From assembly GCA_944385425.1 (NCBI GenBank), contig CALWXD010000146.1, positions 1-54,347 of the forward strand: a DNA stretch of 54,347 nt, given 5' to 3'. This document shows positions 27,008-36,217 of this stretch, piece after piece. The position numbers and the translations under genes are program-made. Within the stretch, counting starts at the first letter, position 1, and each line of letters opens with the position of its first letter. This DNA comes from an uncultured Oscillospiraceae bacterium (GTDB lineage: Bacteria > Bacillota > Clostridia > Oscillospirales > Oscillospiraceae). The notes beneath the pieces were generated by a model that saw nothing but the letters and a program-made list of their open reading frames with translations, ran no database searches and was not told the origin of the DNA.

Positions 27008-27709
27008 ATGAAAAAGAATGTGACGCGCTGGTGGATCGTGCTGGGCATCGTGGTGGTGGTGTACAACGTCCTGGCCTTCGCCCTGCCCTTCCCTAAAACG
27101 GCGGCTTTTGCGGTGAGCTATCTCTTCTCCATGGTGGCGATTCTGGCCCAGATCTATGTGATCCGCGCCGCCTTCTGCCAGGGCGAGGGGGTCAAGAGCA
27201 AGTTTTACGGCTTTCCCATCGCCCGGATCGGTCTGATCTACCTGGCCGCCCAGGTGGTTTTGGGCTTTTTGTTCATGGCCCTGGGCCTTCTCTTCCCCAT
27301 CCCCCTGTGGCTGCCCCTGGCGCTGTATGTGGTGCTGCTGGGCGCGGCGGCGGTGGGCCTTGTGGCCGCCGACGCGGCCCGGGAGGAGGTGGTCCGGCAG
27401 GAGGTCCGCGCTGTGAAGGACGTCTCCCTTATGCGCGGCCTGCAGGCCGCGGTAAGCGCCCTGGCGGGGCGCTGCGAGGACCCGGCGCTGCGGCGGGGGG
27501 TGCAGGACCTGGCGGAGAACCTGCGGTTCAGCGACCCGGTCAGCAGCGAGGCCCTGGCATCCGCGGAGGCGGCGCTGTCGGCCTGCGTCGCCCGTCTGCA
27601 GCAGGCGGTGGAGGACCGGCGGCAGGAGGAGGCCCTGGCCCTGTGCCGGGAGGCGGACCGCCTTCTGGCTGACCGCAACCAGCTGTGCAAGCTGAGCAAG
27701 GCCCGGTAG
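27008..27709 (+). CDS. small polytopic membrane protein (4 predicted TM) with a cytoplasmic helical C-terminal domain
   Basis: The ATG at 27008 lies 2 nt after the upstream TAA. Hydrophobic helices (WWIVLGIVVVVYNVLAFAL ... LWLPLALYVVLLGAAAVGLVAA) come first, then an A/R/E-rich helical tail. It is the last gene of the operon. Confidence 0.6.
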   Translation: MKKNVTRWWIVLGIVVVVYNVLAFALPFPKTAAFAVSYLFSMVAILAQIYVIRAAFCQGEGVKSKFYGFPIARIGLIYLAAQVVLGFLFMALGLLFPIPLWLPLALYVVLLGAAAVGLVAADAAREEVVRQEVRAVKDVSLMRGLQAAVSALAGRCEDPALRRGVQDLAENLRFSDPVSSEALASAEAALSACVARLQQAVEDRRQEEALALCREADRLLADRNQLCKLSKAR

Positions 27710-27726
27710 GGGGAGCCTGGCTGGAC

Positions 27727-27771
27727 AAAAAAACACCGGGGGGCAGACGGCGTATACCGTCTGCCCCGGTC
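27727..27771 (-). terminator. rho-independent terminator for the convergent xdh-family operon; hairpin end-stop for the + operon
   Basis: AAAAAAA, then CCGGGGGGCAGACGG-cgtata-CCGTCTGCCCCGG. The U-tract is on the minus strand only. Confidence 0.6.
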
Positions 27772-27792
27772 GGAAGGATCCCCCAAGTGGTT

Positions 27793-30102
27793 TTACTGCT
27801 GGCAGAGATCGGGCGACTCTTCTTGTATCGCCTTTAGAATTTTTTCGGGTGTAAAGGGCAGCTGGCGCATGTGGATTCCGGCGGCATTGAACAGAGCGTT
27901 GGCAATTGCCGGCGCCACGGTATGTACGGACGCCTCGCCGATGGACTTAGCCCCGTAAGGCCCCGAGGGCTCCTCGCTTTCGGCGAAGGAAACCTCGATA
28001 CAGTCTGCCGGGAGGTCCTCCCGGCACGGGATCTTATATTGCATGAAAGAATCCGTCTGTAGTTTGCCGTTTTCGCCATAGTGGACCTCTTCAAAGAGGG
28101 CCAGCCCAATGCCCATTAAAATTCCGCCCTCCGCCTGCACGCGGGCCAGGGTGGGGTTGATGACCCTGCCGCAGTCAGCCACGCTTACAAATTTTAACAA
28201 TTCCACTTTCCCGGTACGCAAATCCAGGTCAATTTCCGCGAAACCGGACATAAAGGTAAGGGGCGCAAGGCCGCTGACAAATGTTGCCGAGGTGATAATC
28301 TGTTCTGTTCCGCCATGTTCCGCCTTTGTTCCTATCTGTTCAATGGTCACAAATTTTTCCGGATCATTGCGGATAAAGACACGGCCGCCATCAAACTCGA
28401 CATCCTCCGCTGGGCATGCCAGCATTGTAGCGCCAAGCTGGCAGATCATCGGCCGCAATTTTTTTGCCGCAGAGAGGACGGCGTTCCCGGCAACGTAGGT
28501 TGTGGACGAGGCAAAGGCGCCGGAATCATACGTCCCGTAATCCGTATCCCCGCTGCGGATACAAATCCGCTCCGGGACAGTAGACAGGGCCTCTGCCGCG
28601 ATTTGGGTCAACACAGTATCTGAGCCAGTGCCAAGATCCGCGGCGCCAGTAAGCAGGAGATAACTGCCATCCGGTTCCAGCCGCAGCGTTACTGTGGCCT
28701 TATCCGCAACCGGGATGCTGGTGCGATGGGTTGTAAGGGCAACGCCAACCGCGCGGACATGGTCTTGCGAAACGCGGACCCTGGGGTACTTTTGATCCCA
28801 GCCAATCTGCTGCCGCCCCATTTCCATACAGCGGGCCAAGGCGCAGCTTTTGATCTCGCTGTGCAGGATACCGCCCACATCTCCCAGGCGCGCCATATTT
28901 TTTATCCGGATCGTATAAGGGTCCATCTTCAATCTTTCGGCAAGCTCGCTTATGGCGGCTTCTAGGGCAAAGCCGCCCTGGGTCGCCCCATAGCCGCGCA
29001 AGGCGGCGCCCGAGACCCTGTTTGTATAGATGGTGCGCCCACGGTACCAAATGGCGTTGGCCCGGTTATAGCTTGGCAGGATGTTATTGGCAACCACCAT
29101 GGTTACAGGGGGGCCTTCTTCGCCATAGGCGCCTGTGTTGCTGACATTGTCAATTTTAATCGCTTTGAGGACGCCATCCCGGCTGGCGCCTAGGGTTACG
29201 CGCATCTTCATGGCGTGCCGCGTAGTCGTGGTAGAAAAGTTCTCCTTCCTGTCCAGCACCAAAATGGCGGGGCGCCCGGTTTTTAGCGTTACCAGGCCGG
29301 CAAGCGGATCTGTAATCGTTACCTTTTTCCCGCCGAAGCCGCCGCCCACCCGCATTTTAATCACCCGGACTTTGCTGATGGGCAGGCCCAGGCTCCGGGC
29401 AACTTGGCGCCGCATGTGGTAAGGTGCCTGCGTGGTTGCAACGACTGTAAGCCGTCCATCGGGCGCGAGATATGTATAGCTGCGCAGCGTCTCCATCATG
29501 GCATGCGCCTGGGCCTGTGTCTCGTAGACGGCAGTGTGTACGACATCAGAGGCAGCCAGTTCCGCATCTACATCCCCGATATCCACCTGGAAGCAGGAAA
29601 TTTGGTTATGCGCCGGATCATAGCCCGGGGCTAGAACCGGGACATAGAGGTCCTCTACCGCGTGGATCAGCGTTTCCCCGGTCATGCTCTTTTCGGGGTC
29701 AAGGACGGCGGGAAGCATTTCATACTCCACGCGAATCATTTTAAGTGCCTTTTGGGCCGCTTCCGGCGTCTCGGCGGCAACCAGCGCGACCTCATCCCCC
29801 ACATACCGCACAACTTGATCCAGGATCTTTCGATCAAAGGGGGCGTTTTCTGGATAAGAACAGCCGTTGCCGCTATAGCGGATATCTGGGGCGTCTTTGT
29901 AAGTAAGGACAGCTACTACGCCAGGGACCCGTTCCGCCTTTTCCGTATGGATAGCGCGGATCTTGGCATGCGCATGGGGACTTCGCAAAACTTTGATAAA
30001 AAGGGTTCCCGGCAGCTTTGGGAAATCGTCTACATACACAGGAGCGCCCAAAGAAAGTGCCCTCGCGTCGATCTTGGGGAGCTTTAAGCCAATATTACGC
30101 AT
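27793..30102 (-). CDS. xanthine dehydrogenase/aldehyde oxidoreductase family molybdopterin-binding large subunit
   Basis: 769 aa containing Ald_Xan_dh_C and the Mo-cofactor binding domains (GGGFGGK motif). Confidence 0.85.
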   Translation of the reverse strand: MRNIGLKLPKIDARALSLGAPVYVDDFPKLPGTLFIKVLRSPHAHAKIRAIHTEKAERVPGVVAVLTYKDAPDIRYSGNGCSYPENAPFDRKILDQVVRYVGDEVALVAAETPEAAQKALKMIRVEYEMLPAVLDPEKSMTGETLIHAVEDLYVPVLAPGYDPAHNQISCFQVDIGDVDAELAASDVVHTAVYETQAQAHAMMETLRSYTYLAPDGRLTVVATTQAPYHMRRQVARSLGLPISKVRVIKMRVGGGFGGKKVTITDPLAGLVTLKTGRPAILVLDRKENFSTTTTRHAMKMRVTLGASRDGVLKAIKIDNVSNTGAYGEEGPPVTMVVANNILPSYNRANAIWYRGRTIYTNRVSGAALRGYGATQGGFALEAAISELAERLKMDPYTIRIKNMARLGDVGGILHSEIKSCALARCMEMGRQQIGWDQKYPRVRVSQDHVRAVGVALTTHRTSIPVADKATVTLRLEPDGSYLLLTGAADLGTGSDTVLTQIAAEALSTVPERICIRSGDTDYGTYDSGAFASSTTYVAGNAVLSAAKKLRPMICQLGATMLACPAEDVEFDGGRVFIRNDPEKFVTIEQIGTKAEHGGTEQIITSATFVSGLAPLTFMSGFAEIDLDLRTGKVELLKFVSVADCGRVINPTLARVQAEGGILMGIGLALFEEVHYGENGKLQTDSFMQYKIPCREDLPADCIEVSFAESEEPSGPYGAKSIGEASVHTVAPAIANALFNAAGIHMRQLPFTPEKILKAIQEESPDLCQQ

Positions 30103-30104
30103 CG

Positions 30105-30893
30105 TTACACCTCATTCGTCTCTATCAGAGTCCGCTGGCACAGTACGGCACACAACTGCCGCCGGTACTGCGCGCTGGCCCGCATGTTGCTCCCAAAGCA
30201 CAACTCCTCCGCAGCGGTCCGGGCAGCGAGGGAAACCGCCGCTGGATCCCTTGCAAGCTGTTCCATCGCCCCATAGGCAAGAGCCGCGCACATCGGGCGA
30301 GCCCCTACCGCTATGCGGTACCCAGTTTCTGTGCGGACGGATGCCACATTGAGCAGGGAGAAGTCCCCCTTGGAATTTCGGAAATTGGAAAATGCGCCGG
30401 CCGCGTTGCCGGCGGGCAAGATGATTTCGACCAACAGGTCCCGTGTGCGGGGCTGCTTTAGAAACGCTTCCAGGGTAAGCTCCCCTTGCGCAAACAGCCG
30501 GACGCGGGCATTGCAGGCCAGCAGCGGCGTAATGACATCGGAAAACCCATATTTTGAAAAAACGCTGGCACCAACTGTGGCCAGGTTGCGGAACTGCGTA
30601 CCAATAATTTCACCGACAGAACGGCTGATGATGCCGCCGCAATAGCGTCTTAGGAGGGGCGAGGTCTCCAGAGTGCGCAGGGAGCACATTGCGCCAAGGC
30701 GCAGTGTACCGTCGGACTCCTCACGGATGTAGTCTAGACCGCAGCCAGACAGGTCAATGGCAAGGGGGATATCGGCGGAGGTCATCCGAAGGAAGAGGTT
30801 GCCGGCGATGAGGCGGCTGCGCTTATTCTTTTGCAGCAGATTGGCGCATTCCTCAATACTTTTGGGGATAACGTATTCTTTCACCCGGTACAT
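30105..30893 (-). CDS. FAD-binding subunit of xanthine dehydrogenase family enzyme (CoxM/XdhB-like)
   Basis: 262 aa. FAD_binding_5 signature (RLIAGN...). The start is coupled to the upstream subunit. Confidence 0.8.
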   Translation of the reverse strand: MYRVKEYVIPKSIEECANLLQKNKRSRLIAGNLFLRMTSADIPLAIDLSGCGLDYIREESDGTLRLGAMCSLRTLETSPLLRRYCGGIISRSVGEIIGTQFRNLATVGASVFSKYGFSDVITPLLACNARVRLFAQGELTLEAFLKQPRTRDLLVEIILPAGNAAGAFSNFRNSKGDFSLLNVASVRTETGYRIAVGARPMCAALAYGAMEQLARDPAAVSLAARTAAEELCFGSNMRASAQYRRQLCAVLCQRTLIETNEV

Positions 30894-30907
30894 AGAGGGT
30901 CCTCCTT

Positions 30908-31366
30908 TTAGGTCTTAGGCTCATGGCGGAAGAGGGATCGGATTGCCCTAAGCTGCGAGTGATAACCGGTGCAGCGGCAGAGGTTCCCATTCAGATAGTG
31001 GACAATCTCCTCATCGGTGGGGGAGACCAGCTCCCGCTTCATCGCGAGAATGCCCATAATCAGACCCGGCGCGCAATATCCGCACTGGTCCGCCCCCTCC
31101 GCGGCAAGCGCGTCCGCTACAGCGGCAGCCTCCTCCCCCATCCCTTCCACCGTGGTAACACGGCGCCCGTCCGCCCGGGCCGTTGGAACCGAGCAGGAGA
31201 GCACCGGCTTTTCATCGAGCCAAACGGTACAGATGCCGCAGTTCGCACTTTCGCAGCCGGAGCGGACGCTGTGGATCCCCGCGTTTCGCAGGGTCTCCAG
31301 CAAAGGCGTCTCCGGAGCCGCCTCACAGCAGGTCGGCTTCCCATTGATGATGATCGTAAATTGCAT
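30908..31366 (-). CDS. (2Fe-2S)-binding subunit of xanthine dehydrogenase family enzyme (CoxS/XdhC-like)
   Basis: 152 aa. The ferredoxin-type cluster is CESANCGICTV and the second cluster is CGYCAPG...CRCTGY. Confidence 0.85.
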   Translation of the reverse strand: MQFTIIINGKPTCCEAAPETPLLETLRNAGIHSVRSGCESANCGICTVWLDEKPVLSCSVPTARADGRRVTTVEGMGEEAAAVADALAAEGADQCGYCAPGLIMGILAMKRELVSPTDEEIVHYLNGNLCRCTGYHSQLRAIRSLFRHEPKT

Positions 31367-31573
31367 AAGATATCTGTCCTTTCAAAATCATAGAAGAGAT
31401 GGCTTGACAAAGCGGAGAAAACCTTTTACCATATCAAATGCGCCCCTTGTTTCTCCCAAAAGGCTCCGACCAGAACGATCATAGGAGATGGTAACATTAC
31501 TGACCGAGAGATTGTAGAATCATATATCCCTATTGCAAAATTTATTGCGGCGGTATCCGGTCCCCGTTGTGAA

Positions 31574-32179
31574 GTGGTTGTCCATTATCTTGCAGATACT
31601 GACCAGTCCATTATCGCCATCGAGAACGGATATGTGACCGGACGGAAGGTAGGGGATACGCTGATTGATCTGGATCTGCACAGCGTCTTCGCGCCAGAAC
31701 ACATGAGCCTGCCGTTCATCGCAAACTATGTGGGCAAGAGCACCGTAGGGGACAAGATATTCCGTCTATCCACCTTTTACATCAAGAACCCCAAGGGGGA
31801 TGTCGTTGGTCTGCTGAATACAAACGTAGATATCTCTGATTTTATCGCGATGCAGAGCACGATTTCTAAAGAGTTATTTGTAAACGAAAATGCAAAGCTA
31901 CCAGACGGAATGCTGCAGCCCCAGGCCCTGGTGGTCTCAACCAAGTCCATGATTGAATCCACCCTCGCAGAGGCCATGAGCCGGTATGGTTTTCCAGACG
32001 CCGCCGCCTTGGAGCGGGAGGACAAATTGAGGCTGATTTCATATCTGTGTGATCACAATATCTTTGTGCTAAAAGGGGCGGTTGGGATCGTTGCGGATAA
32101 ACTGGGCATTTCTGAGCCGACCACATACCGCTACCTGCAAAAACTGAAAGCGGAAAGGGCCAAAAGCGGAAAGGAATAA
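31574..32179 (+). CDS. YheO-like PAS-domain / HTH transcriptional regulator (N-terminus probably extended upstream, see findings)
   Basis: The sequence ...SIIAIENGYVTGRKVGDTLIDLDL... plus the C-terminal HTH (AVGIVADKLGISEPTTYRYLQKLK) shows the YheO family. The coordinates given are the GTG-initiated track ORF. The conserved family N-terminus (YIPIAKFIAAVSGPRCEVVVH) continues in-frame upstream to at least 31496 without any ATG. Confidence 0.6.
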   Translation: MVVHYLADTDQSIIAIENGYVTGRKVGDTLIDLDLHSVFAPEHMSLPFIANYVGKSTVGDKIFRLSTFYIKNPKGDVVGLLNTNVDISDFIAMQSTISKELFVNENAKLPDGMLQPQALVVSTKSMIESTLAEAMSRYGFPDAAALEREDKLRLISYLCDHNIFVLKGAVGIVADKLGISEPTTYRYLQKLKAERAKSGKE

Positions 32180-32182
32180 AAT

Positions 32183-32220
32183 GCGGAGTCTGCATGCCGG
32201 TGTGTAGGCTCCGCTTTTTT
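32183..32220 (+). terminator. rho-independent terminator
   Basis: GCGGAGTCTGCATGCC-ggtgtgt-AGGCTCCGC followed by TTTTTT. Confidence 0.7.
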
Positions 32221-32293
32221 ACACAGGCCGGCCGGCTTTGCAAAGAATGGGCGCTATTTTCAAAATAGCACCCATTCTTTGCGCGTTTCATGC

Positions 32294-33625
32294 TCAGCTC
32301 TCAGAGGAGATGGTAAAGATTTCGTCGGTTTCTTTCTTCCGGTCTAACAGCTTGGAGAGGATGATATACAGCAGGAACCCAGCGATCATGCCAGCGATAC
32401 TGGACGGGATGGGCACCGCCGCCTGGTTGGCTACCACAATGCGGCACACGATGAAGCCGAGAACCCAGGCGAGGAAGGCCGAGACGCGGAAACCAGAGGG
32501 CATGCGATAGGACGTGGCGCGGGAGGAGTTCAAGACCCAGAAATGGGCGATCAGAATGCCGGCAAAGGGGGTCGTGAAGGCGCCGAGATAGCCCAGCCAC
32601 TGGCTGAAGTTACTGGCGAAGCCAAAGGTGGAGGCGATAACGGCGATGCAGACGCAGATGATGGTCCAGCCCCATTTGGGGATCTTGATCCCCACCAGGG
32701 CGCTGGCGTTGGTATAGGCCAGGGAGGAGGAATAGACGTTGTTATCGGTGGTGGTCCACAGGGCCAGCAAAAGCACCAGCAAACCGGGGATCAACAGGCC
32801 CAAGGCATTGAAAATGCCGGTAAAGTCCGTTGCGTCCGTGGCAATCGACATGATAACAGCGCTGCCCTCAAATACGGAGGTCCCTACAATAAAGCCGAAA
32901 ATCACACTTCCTACAATATGGCTCGGCTTCTTAGCGTAACGGGAAATATCGGCAGACAGGCAGGCCCCGTTGGCCCAAGTGGAAATCACGCTGGAGATAC
33001 CGGCGGCCATGGTCAGCTCGCCGGCGGGCTGGATGTCAAAAACCGCTCCCAGGCCGCCTTCAACGATGCCGTTGCAGGAGATAAGGCTGATTAAGAGCAG
33101 GAGCAGCAGGGATGGGACGGCGACATAGCTGATGATCGTCAATCCCTTATATCCGAAAATGGCGCTGGAGGTGATGCATACAGCAAAAATCACGATTGCC
33201 AAAAAACTGGGAAAGCCTGGGAGCAGGGCAGCGATGGAGGTGCCGAAGCTATCCATCAAGACGCCAATAAGGCACATTCCCAATGTTCCCAGGACAACCG
33301 ATGAGATGATAGAACCCTTCTTCCCAAAGACAATGCGGCCCAAGTGAGCGGTGGTTAAACCTGTGCGCTGGCCGATGATTCCAAGAAGAACGGCGATTAC
33401 GACCAGGACGCTGTTGCCGATGAGGACAGCAGCAATCCCATTGGCTGCAGTTAAGCCAGCCCCCAGCGTGCCGCCGGTTAAAAACGCGCTGATGCTGACC
33501 GCAAAACCAAACCAGACGGCGGCATTACTGGTAAAGCTCTTTCTTTGATTAACAGGGACAGCTGATGTGGAATAGTCGCTGACCAGGCCTTGGGAAATAC
33601 TGTTGCTATTACTGTTGTTCGCCAT
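32294..33625 (-). CDS. NCS1 family nucleobase:cation symporter (cytosine/purine/hydantoin-type permease)
   Basis: 443 aa 12-TM permease with CodB/NCS1-like sequence features. Confidence 0.75.
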   Translation of the reverse strand: MANNSNSNSISQGLVSDYSTSAVPVNQRKSFTSNAAVWFGFAVSISAFLTGGTLGAGLTAANGIAAVLIGNSVLVVIAVLLGIIGQRTGLTTAHLGRIVFGKKGSIISSVVLGTLGMCLIGVLMDSFGTSIAALLPGFPSFLAIVIFAVCITSSAIFGYKGLTIISYVAVPSLLLLLLISLISCNGIVEGGLGAVFDIQPAGELTMAAGISSVISTWANGACLSADISRYAKKPSHIVGSVIFGFIVGTSVFEGSAVIMSIATDATDFTGIFNALGLLIPGLLVLLLALWTTTDNNVYSSSLAYTNASALVGIKIPKWGWTIICVCIAVIASTFGFASNFSQWLGYLGAFTTPFAGILIAHFWVLNSSRATSYRMPSGFRVSAFLAWVLGFIVCRIVVANQAAVPIPSSIAGMIAGFLLYIILSKLLDRKKETDEIFTISSES

Positions 33626-33833
33626 GGTTTCTCTCCTTTCTCACTTTGGATATTGCTGTTTGCGGCATGTACAGGTTCCGCGCCGATTCAATAAAAAATA
33701 GTTACATACCGCAGGGAAACAGTATCATACGAATAAATAAATGTCAATACACTTTCGTCAGTAAAATTAAAAATCATGAGAATAACTCTTCTTTTATGGT
33801 CAATATAGCCAAATATGGGGGAGAAAAATCGGC

Positions 33834-33875
33834 TTGACAAACGATATGTCGGCGTTTATGATAATTATGTATAAT
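33834..33875 (+). promoter_or_regulatory. sigma-70 promoter in an AT-rich divergent intergenic region
   Basis: TTGACA (33834-39), a 17 nt spacer, then TATGAT (33857-62). An alternative TATAAT lies at 33870-75. A ~100 nt leader follows before the SD AAAAAGGAGG. Confidence 0.55.
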
Positions 33876-33967
33876 AATTTTTTATTATTATATGAGAGGA
33901 ACCTGCCCATTGTCCCGTTGCAGAACCCACACACCCCGCATGACCGTAATAAAAAAGGAGGAACCAG

Positions 33968-34996
33968 ATGAAAAGTGAGCAAACTGTAAAATTTGGCCTT
34001 GGGATTTCCACTGGAGCCGAGGGGCTCATGTATCCGATTCCGTACGCGAATGTCCGCGATATTGTAGATATCTCTGTATTCGCAGAAAAGATGGGGTTCG
34101 ATTCCGTCTGGGGCAACGATCATATCACCACGCAAAAGTATGTGTTTGATGAATTCAAGGCGCAGCCGCGCTATTATGCGCCCCTTCTCGTGCTGGCCGC
34201 CATCGCGGAGCACACGACCACGCTGAAAGTTGCCACAGGCCTCCTGGTTGTTCCCTTCCGGAACCCCGCCGTAGTAGCCAAAGAGCTGGTAACATTGGAC
34301 CACCTCTCCAACGGCCGGCTGTTGGTGGGAGCCGGCTTGGGCGCCTACCGCGAGGAGTTTGAGGCGGAGTTCGGCGAGAAGGCAAAAGAGATGGTCCGCG
34401 GAAAACTCTTTGATGAGAGCATCGCGATTATCCACCGCATTTTTACAGAGGAGAGCGTCAGTGCCAGCGGCGAATATTTTGATGTCCAAAATATCCGCTC
34501 TTTCCCCAAACCGCTGCAGTCCCCCTTCCCCTTCTACTTTGGCGGCAACTCCGACAAGGGGCTCAGCCGCACCGTCCAATACGGCCGTGGCTGGCTCCCC
34601 TTCGATCTGACGGTGGAGGAAATCGCCGCCGGGGTTTCCAAATTGCGCGAAAAGTGCGCCGCAGCCGGCCGGGCCTATGACATTGACGTTGCGCCGCAGT
34701 TTTGTATCTCCATCGGCCGGACCCACGAGGAAGCCTGCAAAAAATTTGAGCGCTCCCAGATCTACAAGCACACCATCTCGCTGGAACAGTCCACCTTAAA
34801 AGGGAAAAAAGCCTCCGATTATACGGAGCGGAACCTTGTCGGCTCCCCCGAGGAAATTATCGAGCGAATAGAGGCTTACCGCGAAGCAGGGGTCACCACA
34901 TTTTCCGCCCTGCTGTTCGCCAATAACACCTTGGAAGAAACCCGGGAGGATATGCAGTTCTTCTCCGAAACCGTCATTTCTCGTTACAGAGCGTAA
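33968..34996 (+). CDS. LLM-class (luciferase-like) flavin/deazaflavin-dependent oxidoreductase
   Basis: 342 aa TIM-barrel LLM signature (FDSVWGNDH..., ...LSNGRLLVGAGLG...). Confidence 0.8.
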   Translation: MKSEQTVKFGLGISTGAEGLMYPIPYANVRDIVDISVFAEKMGFDSVWGNDHITTQKYVFDEFKAQPRYYAPLLVLAAIAEHTTTLKVATGLLVVPFRNPAVVAKELVTLDHLSNGRLLVGAGLGAYREEFEAEFGEKAKEMVRGKLFDESIAIIHRIFTEESVSASGEYFDVQNIRSFPKPLQSPFPFYFGGNSDKGLSRTVQYGRGWLPFDLTVEEIAAGVSKLREKCAAAGRAYDIDVAPQFCISIGRTHEEACKKFERSQIYKHTISLEQSTLKGKKASDYTERNLVGSPEEIIERIEAYREAGVTTFSALLFANNTLEETREDMQFFSETVISRYRA

Positions 34997-35009
34997 GGGG
35001 GCGTTTGCT

Positions 35010-36188
35010 ATGCAGGATTTTCGTATCGGGCGTCTGTGCGAAGCGGCGAGGCGGCAGGGTGTCGATTGCCTGGTGGCGTCTTCTGTAGAAAATATCTCTT
35101 ACTTAACCGGCGGATACACCAGCGTGGGGCAGACCGTTTCTGCCTCTACGCAGAATTATGCCGTCTTATCCGTGGAACAAAAGGCCGTCTCTTATGTGGC
35201 CTCGGTGGCAGACGTACCTAATATTTTGGAATTCGCCGGTTTAGGCGTCAGCATCTATTGCTACGGCCCGTTCCACTTTGCGTTTACAGCAGATGGAGAC
35301 ACTTTCGTCCAGGCCGCCGAGCGGATTTGCGCCAATCGTTACGCGACGGCCGAGGAGGCGCTTGTCGCGGCGGTACAGGCCGCCGGCAATTCTCCCGCCT
35401 TTGATGAGACCCATATCCACTTCTCCCTCGCCGGCACGATTGCTGAAAAGCTTGGCGTCGCCGGGCTTACCGCGGCTTCCGCCATCTTCCGGGAGGCGCG
35501 CCGGGTCAAGCACCCCGAAGAGATCCAGCGTTTACATGAGAGCGCGCAGATCGCGGAGGCGGCTTTACTGGAGTCGTTAGAAAACGCCCGTCCCGGGATT
35601 TCGGAGGAGGAACTGCAGCTGCGCTACCAGCAGGCCGTCATCCGCCGCGGCGCTATCCCTTACTTTTTTGTCGCCACCGCAGCCCGCCGCGCCGCTTATG
35701 TCGATGCCCACAACACCGGCCTTGTCATTCAAAAAGGAGACATGATCCGCTTTGATTTTGGTTGTATCTGGCGGGGGTTCTATTCCGACTTGGCGCGCAC
35801 AGCCGTCATGGGGCAAGCCAGTCCCGAAATTGCAAAAGCTTACGGCGCCGTGGCCGCGGGTGCAAAGGCGATGCTTGATGCGCTGCGTCCCGGCATCGCC
35901 GCAGAAAAGCTGTTCGAAACGGCGGTACGGGCCGTCCGGAACAACGGCCTTCCCGATTACGCCAGGAGCCACTGCGGCCACGGCATTGGGTTGGAGGGAT
36001 ATGACGTACCCTCCCTCGCCGCCGGCGTAACGATGGAGATCGAGGAAAACATGGTGCTTTGCGTGGAGACCCCATACTACCGCATCGGGTGGGGCGGCGT
36101 ACAAATTGAGCACACGGTCGCTGTCACAAAGGATGGCTTTGCCTTCATGGACAGCGGAGATTCCTCTCTCATCGTCATCCCCTGTTAA
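35010..36188 (+). CDS. M24 family metallopeptidase (Xaa-Pro aminopeptidase / creatinase-like)
   Basis: A creatinase-N-like N-terminal domain is followed by the pita-bread fold with metal ligands (D...D...H...E...E: FDFGC..., HCGHGIGLEGY, CVETPYY). Confidence 0.75.
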   Translation: MQDFRIGRLCEAARRQGVDCLVASSVENISYLTGGYTSVGQTVSASTQNYAVLSVEQKAVSYVASVADVPNILEFAGLGVSIYCYGPFHFAFTADGDTFVQAAERICANRYATAEEALVAAVQAAGNSPAFDETHIHFSLAGTIAEKLGVAGLTAASAIFREARRVKHPEEIQRLHESAQIAEAALLESLENARPGISEEELQLRYQQAVIRRGAIPYFFVATAARRAAYVDAHNTGLVIQKGDMIRFDFGCIWRGFYSDLARTAVMGQASPEIAKAYGAVAAGAKAMLDALRPGIAAEKLFETAVRAVRNNGLPDYARSHCGHGIGLEGYDVPSLAAGVTMEIEENMVLCVETPYYRIGWGGVQIEHTVAVTKDGFAFMDSGDSSLIVIPC

Positions 36189-36217
36189 GCTTGGCCACTA
36201 AGGAAGGAGCTGTCGTT

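Noticed and set aside
31488-31517. Tiny ORF MVTLLTERL* starting at the only SD-adjacent ATG upstream of yheO
   Set aside because: It is too short and out of frame with the conserved YheO N-terminus. It is more likely evidence of a non-ATG start or frameshift than a real peptide gene.
33626-33966. Riboswitch (FMN or preQ1-like) in the ~100 nt leader of the first LLM gene
   Set aside because: No conserved aptamer core could be matched by eye. It is left as a plain promoter plus leader.
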